A DNA stretch of 64,000 nucleotides. It comes from a virus. Shown here one piece after another: positions 62,083 through 64,000 of the stretch. The position numbers and the translations under genes are program-made. The notes under the pieces are model-generated. The model saw only the letters and a list, made by a program, of their open reading frames with translations. It searched no databases and was not told the DNA's origin. The stretch's first letter is position 1; every line of letters starts with the position of its first letter. The DNA is taken from positions 1 to 64,000 of IMG/VR virus record IMGVR_UViG_3300045988_143931. One strand, written 5' to 3'.

Positions 62083-63063
62083 TTACATATTGTTTAACAC
62101 ATCTTTCATCCCCACTGCACCATTTGCATAATTATTAACTGTTGTATTTACATTACTATGTCCTAACTGCTGCTGTACAAATGCAAGATTTCCATTTCTG
62201 TTCATTATACTAGCATAATAATGACGCATCATATGTGGTGTTATACCATTTCCATAATTCTCAAATATCTGTTTGATATTTCTTTCTGTTGTACGAGTTC
62301 CATTTTTATTTACAAACACAGCTTCTGTATCAATAATGTTACTTAATGTGCTTCTGTATTCTAACCACTCTCTTATAGCTTTTAAAGCAGATCCGCTAAG
62401 ATATACCATTCTATTTTGCATTTCTCTGTACACACCTTTACCAAGAATAGTAATATAAGGCATTTCTTCATCTAAATGCAAATTAGATAAATCCAAACCA
62501 GCAAGTTCAGATTCTCTTATTCCAGTTCCTCTTAATACTCGAAAAATAGCAATATTTCTATTTCTTACTGAAATATCCTTTTTCCACATTATTTTTTCTT
62601 CCATATCATTAAGTTGCTTTTCTGTTGGAAGTTTTTTAGTTAAATTGTTTCCAGATGGAATCCCTTTATAAGTTACATCTTTAAAGAATCCATCTTTAAT
62701 TTCAGTTCCCTTCACTCTACTCATATAATCCCAAAAACTACTTATTATATGTTTTCTAGTTTCTAATGTCGTAGGTGACATTCCATTCTGTTCTTTAGTC
62801 TTTAAATATAACGTGATATCTTCTGCCATAATGTCAGTAAAATCTGATGGCTCAATATCTGAAATATTTGTTTTATCAATAAGTTTCTCTTCAATAAACC
62901 AATTGAGCAAATCTACAATAACTCCAAGATAATTTAAAGCACCTGCTTTACTTTCAATTTTAACAGTGAAATATTTTCTCATATATATAGGAAAATTTAA
63001 CTCATCCAACTTCCTATTAAGCTTTTCAGCATTTTTGTTTTGTACTTCTATTTTGTAACACAT
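62083..63063 (-). CDS. Tyrosine recombinase/integrase
   Basis: Catalytic residues in context: GTGIRESEL (R), HMMRHYYA (HxxR), LGHSNVNTTVNNY (H...Y). ATG at 63063, after GAGGTTGAT. Confidence 0.85.
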   Translation of the reverse strand: MCYKIEVQNKNAEKLNRKLDELNFPIYMRKYFTVKIESKAGALNYLGVIVDLLNWFIEEKLIDKTNISDIEPSDFTDIMAEDITLYLKTKEQNGMSPTTLETRKHIISSFWDYMSRVKGTEIKDGFFKDVTYKGIPSGNNLTKKLPTEKQLNDMEEKIMWKKDISVRNRNIAIFRVLRGTGIRESELAGLDLSNLHLDEEMPYITILGKGVYREMQNRMVYLSGSALKAIREWLEYRSTLSNIIDTEAVFVNKNGTRTTERNIKQIFENYGNGITPHMMRHYYASIMNRNGNLAFVQQQLGHSNVNTTVNNYANGAVGMKDVLNNM

Positions 63064-63331
63064 ATTCATCAACCTCACTTTCATATTCGTCTATGTAATA
63101 ATTCTCTCTTTTTATCTTTGCAGCCTCAAAAATTTCTTCATATGAATCACAAAATCTTACTTCGATACACTTCGTTACCTCTCCGCACTTCAAACAATAC
63201 AAATCTTTAATATGTTTTCGTTCTCTTTGTCTCTGTCTCTGAATTCCACTGGCTAACATATTTTCATTCATACATTTCATACATATGAATCTGCTTGCAT
63301 GTTTTGGATTTCCATTCTTATATCTACTCAA
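63026..63331 (-). CDS. Zinc-finger protein overlapping the integrase start
   Basis: CMKC...CLKCG. TTG after GAGGTGA. Confidence 0.55.
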   Translation of the reverse strand: MSRYKNGNPKHASRFICMKCMNENMLASGIQRQRQRERKHIKDLYCLKCGEVTKCIEVRFCDSYEEIFEAAKIKRENYYIDEYESEVDEYVLQNRSTKQKC

Positions 63332-63353
63332 AAATTATTCACCTCATTTCCGC

Positions 63354-63383
63354 AATAAAAAAGAAGCAGGTATTTCTGCTTCT
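63354..63383 (-). terminator. Rho-independent terminator
   Basis: Minus-strand RNA: AGAAGCAG-AAAUAC-CUGCUUCU followed by UUUUUAUU. Confidence 0.75.
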
Positions 63384-63416
63384 AATACTTGTTTCTATAT
63401 TTGATTTGTTTTCAAT

Positions 63417-63434
63417 AAGAAAGCAATTTTTCTT
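63417..63434 (-). promoter_or_regulatory. Hairpin AAGAAA-N6-TTTCTT after a stop codon
   Basis: Arms at 63417-63422 and 63429-63434. Confidence 0.4.
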
Positions 63435-63438
63435 TGGG

Positions 63439-63690
63439 TTATATTTTTTCTCTTAATTTATTACAAAAATCAGAGGAATCAAGTAATGAGCCGTCAAATA
63501 TTTTTTTACCTTCTGATTCATATATTTTCAATGAACCATCGAATCCTATAACAGCATATTCTCCGTTATATTTATTCATATCTGAAAGTTTCCATTTAAC
63601 AACTTTATACTGTGTACTGTCATCCATAGGATCACAATATCCATCATATTCTAAAAGGGCAATTCCAAACATATAAACTATATTATCCAT
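63439..63690 (-). CDS. Hypothetical protein
   Basis: ORF track. SD GGAGGTGA. Confidence 0.6.
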   Translation of the reverse strand: MDNIVYMFGIALLEYDGYCDPMDDSTQYKVVKWKLSDMNKYNGEYAVIGFDGSLKIYESEGKKIFDGSLLDSSDFCNKLREKI

Positions 63691-63728
63691 TATCTATTCA
63701 CCTCCAAATTTTCAAAAGAAATCGTCAT

Positions 63729-63926
63729 TTACACTGGTTTATATTTTTGACGATTTACTTTCTGTCTTTCTTCAATAATAAGATTCAAAATAATTGTTAG
63801 TCTCCTCTTTTCATTTGAGGAATCAGTCTCTTCATATATCTTAGTCAGTTTACCCTCATATTCTTGTTGTAAGCTACATAATTCTCTTTCATATTCTATC
63901 AATTCTTTTAGTGTCATATTTGTCAT
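63729..63926 (-). CDS. Hypothetical coiled-coil protein
   Basis: ATG at 63926, after GAGGTGAT. Confidence 0.55.
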   Translation of the reverse strand: MTNMTLKELIEYERELCSLQQEYEGKLTKIYEETDSSNEKRRLTIILNLIIEERQKVNRQKYKPV

Positions 63927-63956
63927 TATATCACCTCGTTTCTTCTGCTCATTAAT

Positions 63957-64000
63957 CAAATCTTATACTTCATATACAAAATTTCTGCCCACATTGAGGA
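63957..64000 (-). CDS. 3' end of an ORF entering from the right edge
   Basis: Frame ...SSMWAEILYMKYKI ends at the TGA at 63957-63959. Too short to judge. Confidence 0.3.

Overview
Strongly AT-rich stretch of a large tailed-phage or prophage genome. Shine-Dalgarno sites of the AGGAGGTGAT type point to a Firmicutes-like host. About 105 tightly packed genes are almost all on the minus strand. The only plus-strand elements I support are one XRE regulator and one candidate small RNA. No virion or packaging genes are visible, so this is the early, replication and accessory arm.

Recognisable content:
- Replication: NAD-dependent ligase, RecD-like helicase, DnaE-type Pol III alpha, PD-(D/E)XK nuclease, Toprim primase, DnaB-like helicase, AAA_24 ATPase, SSB-like protein.
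- Nucleotide metabolism: NT5C-like nucleotidase, guanylate kinase, divergent ThyX, HD hydrolase, and a PurA-family enzyme that is a PurZ (2-aminoadenine DNA) candidate.
- RNA and tRNA maintenance: Thg1-like enzyme, P-loop kinase fused to an HD domain, OB-fold RNA ligase, tRNA-Lys(UUU), tRNA-Gln(UUG).
- Two DNA methyltransferases, one of them a circularly permuted C5 enzyme.
- A TARG1/DarG-like macrodomain.
- A radical-SAM gene following two paralogues that share an N-terminal motif.
- A phage-borne ABC importer operon interleaved with PspA-like and OmpA-fused proteins.
- Membrane-homeostasis genes: BI-1/YccA, LemA, SPFH.
- A sigma-like factor and a DUF262 protein.
- At the right end, a MazF toxin, XRE regulator and tyrosine integrase module.

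Three recurrent non-coding signals structure the intergenic DNA:
- An AGAGAATA box.
- 12-bp ACTATATATAGT palindromes phased 31-32 bp apart.
- AAGAAA/TTTCTT hairpins placed just before ribosome-binding sites.

Several genes appear to start at ATA or ATT. All functional calls come from motif recognition by eye. No database search, alignment or folding program was run. Many start codons were re-chosen manually from Shine-Dalgarno context.
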